Assembly (NCBI GenBank): GCA_905178155.1
Contig: CAJINV010000004.1
Span: 4,071,555 to 4,135,554 of the forward strand
Direction of reading: 5' to 3'
DNA length: 64,000 nt
From: Amoebophrya sp. A120
Lineage: Eukaryota > Protista > Dinoflagellata
The notes under the pieces are model-generated. The model did not search any database, was not told where the DNA came from, and saw only the letters and a list, made by a program, of their open reading frames with translations. Shown piece by piece: positions 50,201 to 61,100 of the stretch (positions within the stretch are counted from its first letter, which is position 1; the number at the start of each line of letters is the position of its first letter). Position numbers and translations under genes: made by a program.

Positions 50201-53200
50201 CGATTTTGAAGCGCGTCTGTCCCACCTGCGCGCCGCCTTACCGGGAGATCTTCCTGCGCGTGCACGACCCGACGCTGCGGGGGGACAAATTTGCGCCGCT
50301 CTGGCGGGGGATCAGCGGGGACACCACGACGGGGGACGAGAAACGATACCTGAATCACGACAATTGGAACGGAAAGGGCGGAAATTGGAACGTCTCGCTC
50401 TTTTCCACCATGAAAGACGCGATGGCCTGCCAAAGGGACGAGAACGTACGGGAGCTGCCGGCGCCGGACGCGGTTTTCGGCGACTGGAAACCCTGTCCGG
50501 GGTCGTTATGCATTGCAAAAGTACCGTACTCGTATAAATGCATTACAAATCTTCTCAGCATGAGAAATACAATTTGTAATGCTGATTCAGCTTAAAAACA
50601 AGACTTGTATTGCATGACTGCAATACGAGTGCGATACTTCTGCACAGGATAGTCGTGGCAGTTTGGCGACGCGATGGACGGAGAGGAAAAGTTTCCCTGG
50701 GGCGTGGCCCCGTCGGAGGGCGAGCAGAAGGTGATGAAAGCCGTCAAGGTGAAAGTCGTCGAAGCCGCGAAAGTGGCGGAAAAGGAAGCGAAGTTAGCTG
50801 CGATGACAAATAGCAGTGAGTTGGAACTCGGCCGGGAGAAGGTCGTGGATGTTCACGCCTTCGAGGACAAAACTTCCACCGCCTTCGAAGACAACCTGTT
50901 TCAAGACGATGCTGGCCTGTTGCAGGCTTCATCAGCAGAAGGGTCTTCAGGAGGTGCAGCAACAGGAACAGCTGGAGAAGATGAACAAGGGCATCAAGCC
51001 GCACCAGCCGAAGAGCCCACCCACGACTCTCCGGAGCCTGCTCCAGCGGAGGTTCCTGGAAATCCGGCAGGCGACGAGAATCCGATATACGCCGATCCGG
51101 ACAGCGTGACCATCGAAGAACAGGCGGAGCGGCTGGGGCTGACGAAGGATAGTGACTATGCACGGCAAATTTTGATTTCCCGTACACGCAGTACAACAAG
51201 CATGACAAGATTATGCCGCGCCATCATGACAAAAGATGTGCCGCCCCTTTATATGGGGCCGCCCTGCCCTTAGCCTTCCAACATGACAAAAGTAGATGTG
51301 CCGAGCTTAATAAAGCATGCCACTTCATCCTTGTCAACATGCTGCGTAGGATTGGAGGAAAGCTGTGTCATGCAGAAACAGCATGATCAGGTGCACCACG
51401 TGTAGTACGGGAAAAAACTTCCTGTGGATAATCACGTTACCTGGTTTATTTACCGCGGCCCGCCCACAAAAGAGGAGGATTTGGAGCCGGCGGGCAACGA
51501 CTGCGAGATCTTCTGGAATAGTAATTTAGGCCGGTGGCACATGGCACGAACGTCCGCACTGGACAAGGCCATGTACGTGAGTCCGCCTGCCACCCACGTT
51601 GCGCCTGACAAGCGCGCGTTACTTTTTCCGGTAAACGCAAATCTCATCGTGAAACCACCGGGAGGGGAAGACATGGAGGAGCAACGGGAAGCACAAGCGG
51701 GGGCAGGAGCTGCGGCAGCAGACGGCGGCGGAGCGAACAATGATCAAGACGGTGTTGATGTTGATAACGATGGAGATAAGGAAAATAACATCCTCGGCGA
51801 TGACGCTTCTGACGCAACTTCGCAGTTGGAGGTGGGGCGGGAAATTCTTATGAACTACAAGAGCAAATCTTCCCGGCGTGCGGCTGGTGGTCCAGGATCC
51901 AGGAGAACGCGACAAGAACAACCTCATCTCTTCAACGAAGATGGTTTCTTGGATGGTGACACAGGAATATTCGCAAACGATGCTCTCTACGACAATCCCG
52001 GCTCTTCGATCCTGCAGGCTGCGATTTCTGCTAAAAAAGCGAAGGACAAACAGCGGAAAGGCGATATGTTAGCGGCTGCCCTCGCACCGGAACTTCTACA
52101 ACCGTGGCGGCGAGCGAAACGAAACACGAAGAAACGTGCCTTTTACGAGCGACTGGGCGAATACTTGTTTCCGCACAGAAATACGGAAGAAGATGAACCG
52201 ACGTCATTTCAGCAGCAAGAGCCGCCCTCCGCAGGAAGCCAGCACAAGATGATGAAGACCTCCACGTTTTTCGGCGGTAATTTATCCACCTCGTCCACCG
52301 ATGATCATCATCTGCTCACGCAGCCCCCGCGGAAGCTGAAGATGAAGTTCATGACGAAGAACCAAATCGCGCAAGAGAAGCAGCTCGCGTCCTTCCTCGC
52401 TAGTACAACGACTACCAGCTTTGAAGGATCCTTAGGCGGCATGGCACCGGTCGATTTGGTCAAGGGTGACACCGAGAAAGTTCACCTCTCTGATGCCATT
52501 CCGGACAAGATTGACTTGGATATGAACGTGGACATTGGTTCGCTCGTCAAGAACCCTCTCAGCGTAGTAAACGACGTTGCAGGTCTCGGAGCAAAATCCG
52601 CCTATGCCGCAATGACGTACGGCGGCTTGCATGCGAAAGACGCGTTTGCGTACTTGGCGAACGTCGCCTCGGACAACGTTGCGGCCGGGTACGCGCTGAT
52701 GGGAAAGCCGGGGTACGGGGTGCGGTCTGGGGAGGAGATGAATTTGTGGAAGAAAACCAGAAGCGACATCCCCAGCATGGTGGAACAGAACAACCCGGTA
52801 AGTGTAATTTTGAAGCCAGAGGAGGAGTACATGGCGGACGTCTCCGCCGACGAGGAGACAGACTTACTCGTCGCCGCCCAGCGGCAGATAGAGCAGGACC
52901 AGGCAGCGGCGCACGCACAGGAGGTGGAAGACGGCGACTTTGCGGGCGACGGCGATGTGCCGGAGATTTTGCCGAAGGAGCCGGGTGAAACCGACCCGGC
53001 GATTGAAGGTGCAACGAACAATCCAGACGACGAAAACCTCCTTGCGGATGGTCCAGAACTCGAAAACCCGTCGCCAGAGTTGCTGGCCGCCCACATCCGC
53101 GTGCAAAAAGTGAAGCAACTGACGGAGCAGCAAGCGAAGCAGATCCGCTTATGAACTCCTGCAAAAGTATCGTACTAGTAGTAATTGCAATTATACAAAT

Positions 53201-53991
53201 TGACTCAGCATGACAAATGGAATTTGTCATGCGGGTTTGCCTATAAGAAATGGATTTGTAATGCATGAACGCAATTAGTACGAGTACGATACTTTTGCAA
53301 TTCATACCGCTCCCGGCGGATCAATTTGACAAAAGACCCGGAGACCGTGCCGACCGAGGAAGCGTACAACGAATGCTCCCTGGACATTGCGAAAGCGCTG
53401 AATCTCCAAACCAACGAGCAGCACGCCACGACGCTCCTGGCGATGGGGCAGCCGGAAGCCGCGAAAAAGTGGACGGACCGAGACCCCTCCATGGCGCTTC
53501 GGGCGTACAAGAGGCTGCAAGAAACGCTGAATCCGGCCTTTGGCACCGCGTTTGAGGCCGCGTCGACCGCTTCGCAAGCGGGGAAAGCGAAAGCGGGGAG
53601 TGCGTATACGAAAGCGCGGGACCTGGCGAAACCGCTGCTAGGCCCGACGCCGGCAGAAAAGGCGGCGATGGAGCAGGAAGCGTTCACGGCGGCAAAAGAA
53701 CGGTACCTACGTGACGAACTGGAGAAATTGGAAAAACTCGAGGGTGGAGGGGACGGGTCGTCAGGAGGAGCAGGTTCTTCGGCAGACGAGGGGAAGGAGG
53801 AGGGGAATGCCAATGCGCCGGGTGAAGTAGATGCGACCGATGAAGGCCAAAAAGGGTACCTAGACAGATTGAAGTCTTATTTCTCTGGTGGAGGAGGCGG
53901 AGACGATGTGTCGTCAGCTTCTGCTTCAAGCGAAGATACAGGTTCGTCTAAACCGTCCGCAGGGGACGAGGTCGCGCAAAAGCACGCGTGA
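41300..53991 (+). CDS. Giant modular extracellular-type protein (>=3460 aa) with Cys-rich repeats and a PAN/apple domain
   Basis: Twelve exons joined in frame (10389 nt) by removing ten TIR elements and one GT-AG intron (44816-44988). Tandem CxW/CxF Cys repeats at ~48080-48500; PAN-like CAGHCDG..CVGFTFDPKNHWCYLY. The true start may lie upstream. Confidence 0.78.
42578..42833. mobile_element. Introner-like MITE, family E (reverse orientation relative to 45257 and 57459)
   Basis: TIR TATCCAGTGCAAATATGTCTGG/CCAGACATATTTGCAATGCATA; TSD CATTT; removing 261 nt gives NFDAF-YEDLK. Confidence 0.93.
45064..45208. mobile_element. Introner-like MITE, family D
   Basis: TIR TATGAATTGCAAAAGTATCG/CGATGCTTTTGCACAGGATA; TSD CCGAC; 150 nt removed in frame. 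Confidence 0.93.
45257..45512. mobile_element. Introner-like MITE, family E
   Basis: TIR TGTCCAATGCAAATATGTCTGGGTCTG/CAGACCCAGACATTTTTGCATTTGATA (left end is TGT rather than TAT); TSD GCTCG/GCTTG; 261 nt removed in frame. Confidence 0.92.
45754..45930. mobile_element. Degenerate introner-like element (singleton)
   Basis: Ends TATGCAGTGCAA / TTGTAATGCATA; TSD CGGTG/CCGTG; removing 182 nt gives DWPV-HQEQI. Confidence 0.8.
46633..46793. mobile_element. Introner-like MITE, family D (reverse orientation)
   Basis: TIR TATCCTGTGCAAAAGTATCGTACT/AGTACGATGCTTTTGCAATGCATA; TSD AAAAC; removing 166 nt gives EMRK-HDIDN; aligns to the reverse complement of the 19641 copy. Confidence 0.93.
47536..47845. 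mobile_element. Introner-like MITE, family A
   Basis: TIR TATGGAAGTGTCAGGATTGAAATCGTCAAAGTTGAAATAGTT, near-perfect; TSD TGGAC; removing 315 nt gives NAVD-DAKSK. Confidence 0.96.
49975..50173. mobile_element. Degenerate introner-like element, family F
   Basis: Left end TATGGGAGACAAATTTTG, right end CAAATTTCTTGTGGAAG (AAG instead of ATA); TSD CGATT; removing 204 nt gives VETI-GKQET. Confidence 0.8.
50507..50651. mobile_element. Introner-like MITE, family D
   Basis: TIR TATGCATTGCAAAAGTACCGTACTCGTA/TACGAGTGCGATACTTCTGCACAGGATA; TSD GTCGT; 150 nt removed in frame. Confidence 0.93.
51157..51430. mobile_element. Introner-like MITE, family F
   Basis: Ends TATGCACGGCAAATTTTGATTTCCCGTAC / GTACGGGAAAAAACTTCCTGTGGATA; TSD decayed (GTGAC/ATCAC); 279 nt removed in frame. 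Confidence 0.82.
53150..53306. mobile_element. Introner-like MITE, family D
   Basis: TIR TATGAACTCCTGCAAAAGTATCGTACT/AGTACGATACTTTTGCAATTCATA; TSD CCGCT; removing 162 nt gives KQIR-SRRINL. Confidence 0.93.
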
Positions 53992-55179
53992 GTTGTAATA
54001 AACAGAAGCTCTTAATAATAGACTCAAACGACGTAGTAGAGTAGAAATCGTCGAGAACAAGACTGGAGATGCGCACGAAGAGCTCATAAGCGAGCCGGAA
54101 ATCGGCAGCAACACGGGACAGGAGCGCCAGAACTGCGAAGAAGTCATGTAGGATGTAGATGTGATTCGTGGTCGTTGTGTGGACACGGTGTAGTTTGGTA
54201 CCGCCGGCCCTTTAGCACGCGGTTACATCGAGGAGCTTTTGTTTCTGGTCATGACCATCTGGATTCTGAAATTGCAATTTACCGCAAAGCACGGCCTGAT
54301 GAACTTTTTTTGCCTTAAATTCGATAATTTTGTTCGAAGAAAGAGAAACTAAGGTGCGCGGGATGAAAATAACTACACGTAGAAACTGAAACAAGTTCTT
54401 CTGCCCTGTCAGTTCTCTCTGAGATTATGTTGTAAGATTCTGCTGCTCAAATCCAAATCATGATAAGTCAGAACAAATAAGTTGTAGGTTGCTGCTCTTC
54501 AAAGTGTAAGCAAAAAAGATTTTATTCTGCTGTGTTCTCAGTCTGAACGATGATAGACAGACCACAGAGAAGTGATGAAAGAAGACTGAAAATTTATTTT
54601 TAGTAGCGACGTCAGTGGGATTTTAGTTTTACAAATTGCAATTCCAAGTGGTTCTGGTTCCTGTAGATTTACTATTACTTCTTTTTTTCCAACGAGGTTC
54701 CTAGATTAATCAAGGAAAAACGCGACGACATCGTCCTTCTTGTGGGAAACAAAGACATTCTTTATTCTTGTGTATTCAGACGAGGATCTCCACCTTCACG
54801 ACCAGATGACTCGCAGTTTCTAAGTAGATCCTCTTGGCTTTCTGGTTCCTTGAGCTTTAAGTTCCAACCACGACAAAGAAATTTATGAAAATCGCTCATG
54901 TAATACATGAACTTGATCTTCCTCGAGCAAAAGAACGCAGTAGCAATACGATCTACCAGCCCGTGAATTAAAATCTACAAACATGTTGAAACACGTCGTG
55001 AAAAATCTCAATCACAACAGCGATTCTAGTTGAACCATTGGCGACCGGAGTTAGTTTCAGTTTCACACAAACATCAATAATGGATGAAAATATGCTGAAT
55101 ATGTGCTAGTAATCAGGAACAGCAGTGAAAAATTAAAAATCACTAGCCTTACACTGCCCTTTCGCAGCTGATAAAAATC

Positions 55180-58100
55180 ATGGCTCACATGATTCCGCTC
55201 CCGGACCAGGCGGCGCTGAAAGCCAACAGTGCCAGCCGTCACTTCGGTCGTGCGGCCAGGGATATGGAGCTAAATTTCTACCCGACGCTGTGGCAGAAGA
55301 CGCCGGAAAACCAGGTTGCGAAGTGGTCCCCGGAATTAGTGGACCACGTGTACGCACGACTCCGGCAGCACCACTTCAACCACAGGGATGTGATCGCCCT
55401 GGAGTTCTCCGGATTCTTGGAAAAGTACCTGTGGCCGCACATCCTACAAACTCCAACCTTACACACGAGCAGCAAAATCAGCACGTCCACCAGCATCGGC
55501 GAGTTTTGCCCGCTCTTCCCCGGGCAGAAGGCCCAGGAGTTGAAGAAGTTATCCTACTGCGAGCTGGACACTTTAACCGAGCCGCGACCGCTGTCCCGGG
55601 CGCACGTGTTGCTGATCGCCTTGATGTTCATGGAAAAGGTGCGCGACGGCGTCGACGCCTGGCACACGGTCGATCTGCAGACGAACGACCGCTTCAAAAG
55701 ATTTTTCGAGGTCTTCTTGGACCAAGTGAACCCCCCAACATCCACAACACAAGCGGTCGACGACAGTATTGAGGATGCAGGAACAGCAAAGGGAAAAGGG
55801 AAGACGACTAAAATGAAGAAGAAAGGCAAGGGAAAGAAGGGAAACAAGCAAGGCAAAAAAGGGTCGTCGGGCAAGAACGACAAGAGAGTCGCCCTCGACT
55901 CGACAGCGGCGCTGTCGAGAAGAGAAATGACGTTTTTCCTCCAATTCCTCACTCATTGCTTCAACAGTTACGAGCAGCCCTCGATCCGCGAAAGCGTCGT
56001 GAACCTGGTCGGGCTTCCGGGCTGGTTACACTTAAGCCCGGATAGGTTGGAGGTGACGCTGTCGGAGTCCAAACAGTACCGAAAGTTCTGGAAATCGGTC
56101 AACAGCAAGTACGCTTTTGACGCGCCGCAGGAGCCGACATTGGAGCAGCGAACCCTGATGCTAGCCGGGATAGAAGAGAAAACGGTTGCTGCTGTTGCAG
56201 ATGAGGTTGATGGTGAGACGAAAAAGGATGGCGAAGCAGAAAATAACTCAGACGACGAGGGAAACAAAATGGTCGAGGAAGAGGGCGGAGGAGAAGATGC
56301 TGCTGTAGCGGACGGTGATGCAGCGGGAGATGCAGATGAGGCCGCTGCTGAAGTAGATGCAGAAAACAAAGAAGACAAAGACGACGGCGTGCTGGATATC
56401 TCAAATATGGGCCAGGCGGTCGCCAAAGTGGTCTCGGGCTCTGTTGATAAGCAAGCGGTGTTCCAGCCGCTCCCGCGTCTCCCAGCGACAGTTGCGGAGA
56501 AGTATGGGAGTGTCAGGATTGAAATCGTCAAAGTTGAAATTATTTGTAATGCATAAAATCGATACCAGCTGGAAGCCCAATTTCCCAGCGGTGCATGACA
56601 AATTTCGGCACCGTCTAAAACCAGTTTGTCATGCTGTTTGGGGACAGAAGGCGCCTTTTGTCATGCTACTTTAGCAGCTCTATTCCAAACCCGAAACAGG
56701 CTTACAATCGGCCTCATTTGCAATCCCTGCAAGAGAGGCACATCATGCCTTGCAATTTCTGCATGAGAAATTATTTCAACTTTGAGGATTTCAATCCTGA
56801 GGGTTCCATAAGAAGCATCTGCAGATCAAGGTTGACTACAGCAAGGAGCCGCTGACTAGAACGCAGGTACACTATCATGAGTAAAAACGTACCCACACCA
56901 GAGTCAGGATGGGGAATCTGCTAGACAAATCAGCCAGCTTTGGTTGTTTGGCATGACAAGTTTGTCCGCTTAGTGTAGTGCTGTTTGAGCTAGTTTAGCA
57001 GCATTACAGAGCTAGTACCTCGTGCTGATTGGAACATGACAAATTTCAAAACCGCATTAGAAAATGCTTCTCATGGGGCTCCGCATGAGAAACATTTTAA
57101 GCATGCAGAGTTGCATGACAACTATGGTGTGGGTACGTTTTTACGCAGGATATACACGCGAGGGATTTCATGGCGAAATTGATGCAGGACTTTTTCGAGA
57201 ACCTGGAAAAGCAGCGCAACGCCCCGATCTCGCACGCACTACCGGCGTATTTTATCCGGGCGATGGAGCGGTTTTTGGAGCTGTTGATCGACTTGCTCTC
57301 CCAGCTCCCGTTCCGGAAATGCTTCCGGCCTTTGTTCGCGGACCGGCATTTTGTAGTAAGGGTGAGGGAGTTTGTGGAAGTCATGCGGGCACGCATGGCG
57401 GAGCAGGACAGACTCCTGCAGTTGCACGGGAAAGGAAGAGGGAAAGCCCGATTCTGGATATCAAATGCAAATATGTCTGGGTCTGGAAGAATACAAACCT
57501 GTGATGCGCATTTCAGAACACAGAAAAATCTCTCATGCATAGGTGGCAAAAGCTGCTCACTTTCTGTCACCAAAGTGGGGGATCTGTCATGCGGATTCGG
57601 CATTGCGGAAGCTCCTCGAAACCTGTGACGCTAGAGCTTCCATGCCAGACCTTCTGTGGCATGCAAAAACAGCACGACTCTTCCAGATCCAAACATATTT
57701 GCAGTTCATACTGGAACACGAGAGACGACCGCGCCGGCCGGTTCGCAAGGCAAGCAGTGAAGGGAGGAGGTTCATCTGGTGGAGGTAAACATCAGAACAA
57801 CTACAAAGGTAACAATGGAAAGATGGGCAAAAATAACTACGAACATCAACAGCAGGATTCAATGGGGTGGTACGGTCCGGGCAGCACGCCCATGCCGGGG
57901 AAAGGTGGCAAAGTCGTTCCGGAGTACCACGGCCCGATGGGCAACTACCCGATAGGTGGTGGAGCAGGTGGTAAAACGTCACCCTCAAACGCAGGGAAGG
58001 GTGGAAATTATGGTGCGCCAAATTCTTTCGCAGCTCCACCACCCCAACCCGTCCCCGTTGTGCAGATGCAAGACAGCTACGGAAACAATTTCGTCCAAGA

Positions 58101-61100
58101 AACGGCGGACAACGGTTACGACCCTTTCGGGACGGAGAATTTCGACCAGTGGTTCGAGTCCGCGTTTCAGGACGCTGCCGACCACGACGAACTCTTTACG
58201 ACAAACGACGCGGCTGTTCCAAATTTGAACGCCGATGGTAAAAATTCGAACGGGCACAGTGCGTTAAACGACATGTCGGGTAAGGATCCGTTTGACGTTC
58301 TGGCCGAACAGCAACAAAATAGCAACTCCGGGATGTGGTTCCCGCCCAATTTCGAGGAGCAGGACCCGGCACTGCTCGAGCGCAAGCGGGAAGAGGAGGA
58401 GCAGAAGGCCAGGCTGCAGGAAAGGCTCAAGAACGTGACGCAGGGCATGCGCGACCCGAGTGGGGTTGCTGTGTCCACGGAGAACATGGTCTTCGCCGGG
58501 GGGATTTATCCGGAGGATGACGTGTGGCGGCTGAGTGAGCAGCTGTTGGGGATTTTAGAATTTTACGACTTGTTTGAGGTGGACGACGTCACCGGGGCGG
58601 CGTTGCACCGACAAGACGTTTTACAGCGACACTACGACGATCACAACCGCTTACGAAAAATCTGCTTCGAGATAGGGAACGCGGGGGAAGAAATCGATCC
58701 GAACACGGTATAATGCTGAAGAAAATTATGCTCGTTCTTATTTGAATTTTCAACACAGAGACAGACACGATGGTTTTGAATGGAACAAGCTTGAGCAAAC
58801 TCGTCAATCTCAATCATTATACTTAACAGGGCCAACCGAAGACGATCGTTGACCAAACGGAGGAGATGCGAAGAATCGCTTTGTCCCACGTGGGCGATTT
58901 CCAGTCCCGCCAGGAGCTCCGTCGCGTTTTCGCGCAGCTCCCTTATACGGTGTTGAAGGAAATTTGCCAGAAACTCTGTTACCTGGACGTGAGCCGGGAG
59001 AACATCCTCCACAAACTTGACAATATCGTCGTCAACCACGCGAAAAATGTCCAACTTTTGAACGCCCAACCCGCGACGCGGAAAAAGGTGAAGCCAAAGC
59101 CGCGGAAGGAGGAGATCATTTTGAAGAAACTGTTTCTGGAGGTTTTGTACCAAAAACTCGAGTCGAAAGAGGCGCAATTAGATAAGGTGAACGCTTTACC
59201 ACTCTTCCCCGCGGAAGATATATCCAAGAAAAAAAGATTGTTGGTGTAACTTTCTTGGAGGATTAGCATGACAAATATGTCTCGCATGACAGCAAAAACC
59301 TGTCATGCGCAGATAGTACGTGAAACGCCCTTGAATGGACCCTACTACGCAGGCTCAGCATGACAGGCGCAATCAATTTGCATGCTGCGCATCACAAATT
59401 TAGATTTACACTAGCAGCGTTTTTTTCTTGGATAAGATATCGTCTGGGACAAGCACTTAGTTCCGGACGAACACTTCCAATCCGAGCACGCGCTGGCGTT
59501 ACCCAAGTTGAACCTGCAGTTCTTGACCATGCACGATTATTTGTTGCGGAACTTTCATTTGTACCGTTTAGAATCCACCTACGCAATCCGGAACGACATC
59601 CGGGACGTGATTCCCCGCATGCGGCCGGTCTCCGACCCGGGCATCGCGGGCGGGATCCGGTTTCTGGGCAACGCGCGGATGGGCGTCGCGGTGGATTCCT
59701 TTCAAATCGTGGAAACCAAGCCACCACTCGTAGGCGAGAAGGCGCCGGCTAGGGTATAACAGAACTTGATTTACTTATTTGTAGCTGTTTATGTACTTCT
59801 TCTACTTCTTCTTGCTTTCTACTAACTTCTCCTGGTTGACGATGAGTACTGACTGCGACGACGAGACTACAACCCATATAGAGGAAATCAAGTTCTTGTC
59901 CCGTAGGCTCAAGCACGCTGTTGACATTTTTCATCATCATCCTCCATCCCGGATTTTTACACGACAACAGGTTCGGTGCGAGATCCGTTTTTCCGTTGCC
60001 ACCATCCGTTCGCAGATGGTGCAGCGCGAGTGGCAGCAGCTCCACGAGCACGACGTCGTTTTTCTCATCGCTTTGGACCCGCCCCCCGTTGCGTTCAAGG
60101 GTAACCCGATGGAACTCGATACGCACGAGTTTCCGAAGCAGTTTGGGATCCGGGAGATCCGCGGGATCGAGGTGGACAAGTTGCACGACGGGGAAAACAA
60201 CATGTTGTCGGATCCGTTCACGAAAAAGGACCCGATCGGGAATGAACGAGTGCTCACCGGGTTTTACGACAGCGCCCAGTATTTGATGGACAACGACCCA
60301 AAGCACGACTTGTTCGGCATGGGAAGGAAAGCAACCCGGACCGCAAATCAGGGGGTGGTGTTCAACACGCCGACGGCGGAAGGTGCGGAGCAAGTCCCGG
60401 TCGATATCGATGATGAAAAGCCGTTTCACATTCTAATCAGGCGGAACCCGAAGGAGAACAACTTCAAATCGGTGCTGGAAACCATCCGGGCATTGATGAA
60501 CAGCACGGAATCTGCCGTCGTGCCGAAGTGGCTGCACCGCTTGTTTCTAGGGTACGGTGACCCGTTGGAAACGCAGTACAAAGTGCTCGGCAGCACCCCG
60601 GAGATTGACTTTCGCGACACGTTTTTGGACCGTGATCACGTCTTCGAGGCTTTCCCGGAATGCCAAGCGATAGAGATACCCGAGGACTGCTTACCGCCAT
60701 ACAAACTGAAATTCGAAACCGGGCCGAGAAATAACAACGACAATAAAGCAGTAGATATGGAGGTCGACGCGGAAGGAACAACAAATGCGGGTCCTGACAA
60801 TAATAAAGCGAACCGAAAAAACAAGAAGAAAAAGAATCATCAAGACATGAACAAGAAGGCGAAGAAGATCGACATCGACATTGTGGACAAAAAAATCGTC
60901 GGCAGCACCTACATCGTGAAGAACCCAGGACCTTACGAGTACTGCCAGCCGCAATTGAACAAGGTCCGGTTCACGCCGGTACAAGTCGACGCGATCCGGT
61001 CCGGGGTTAATGAGGGGCTGACGATGGTCGTCGGACCCCCGGGGACCGGGAAGACCGACACCGCGGTCCAGATTGTAAATTTGCTCTTCCACAACTTCCC

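Noticed and set aside
19641-53306. Element lengths matching nucleosome multiples (family D 145-161 bp, family A ~310 bp)
   Set aside because: Other families span 112-328 bp fairly continuously; the sample is too small to support periodicity.
283-57710. Recurrent short peptides in the ORF track (MAFSTVTFS.VT, YGSVRIEIVKVEI, SNANMSGS, LQKYRTR)
   Set aside because: Translations of the element TIRs, not a protein repeat family or a transposase.
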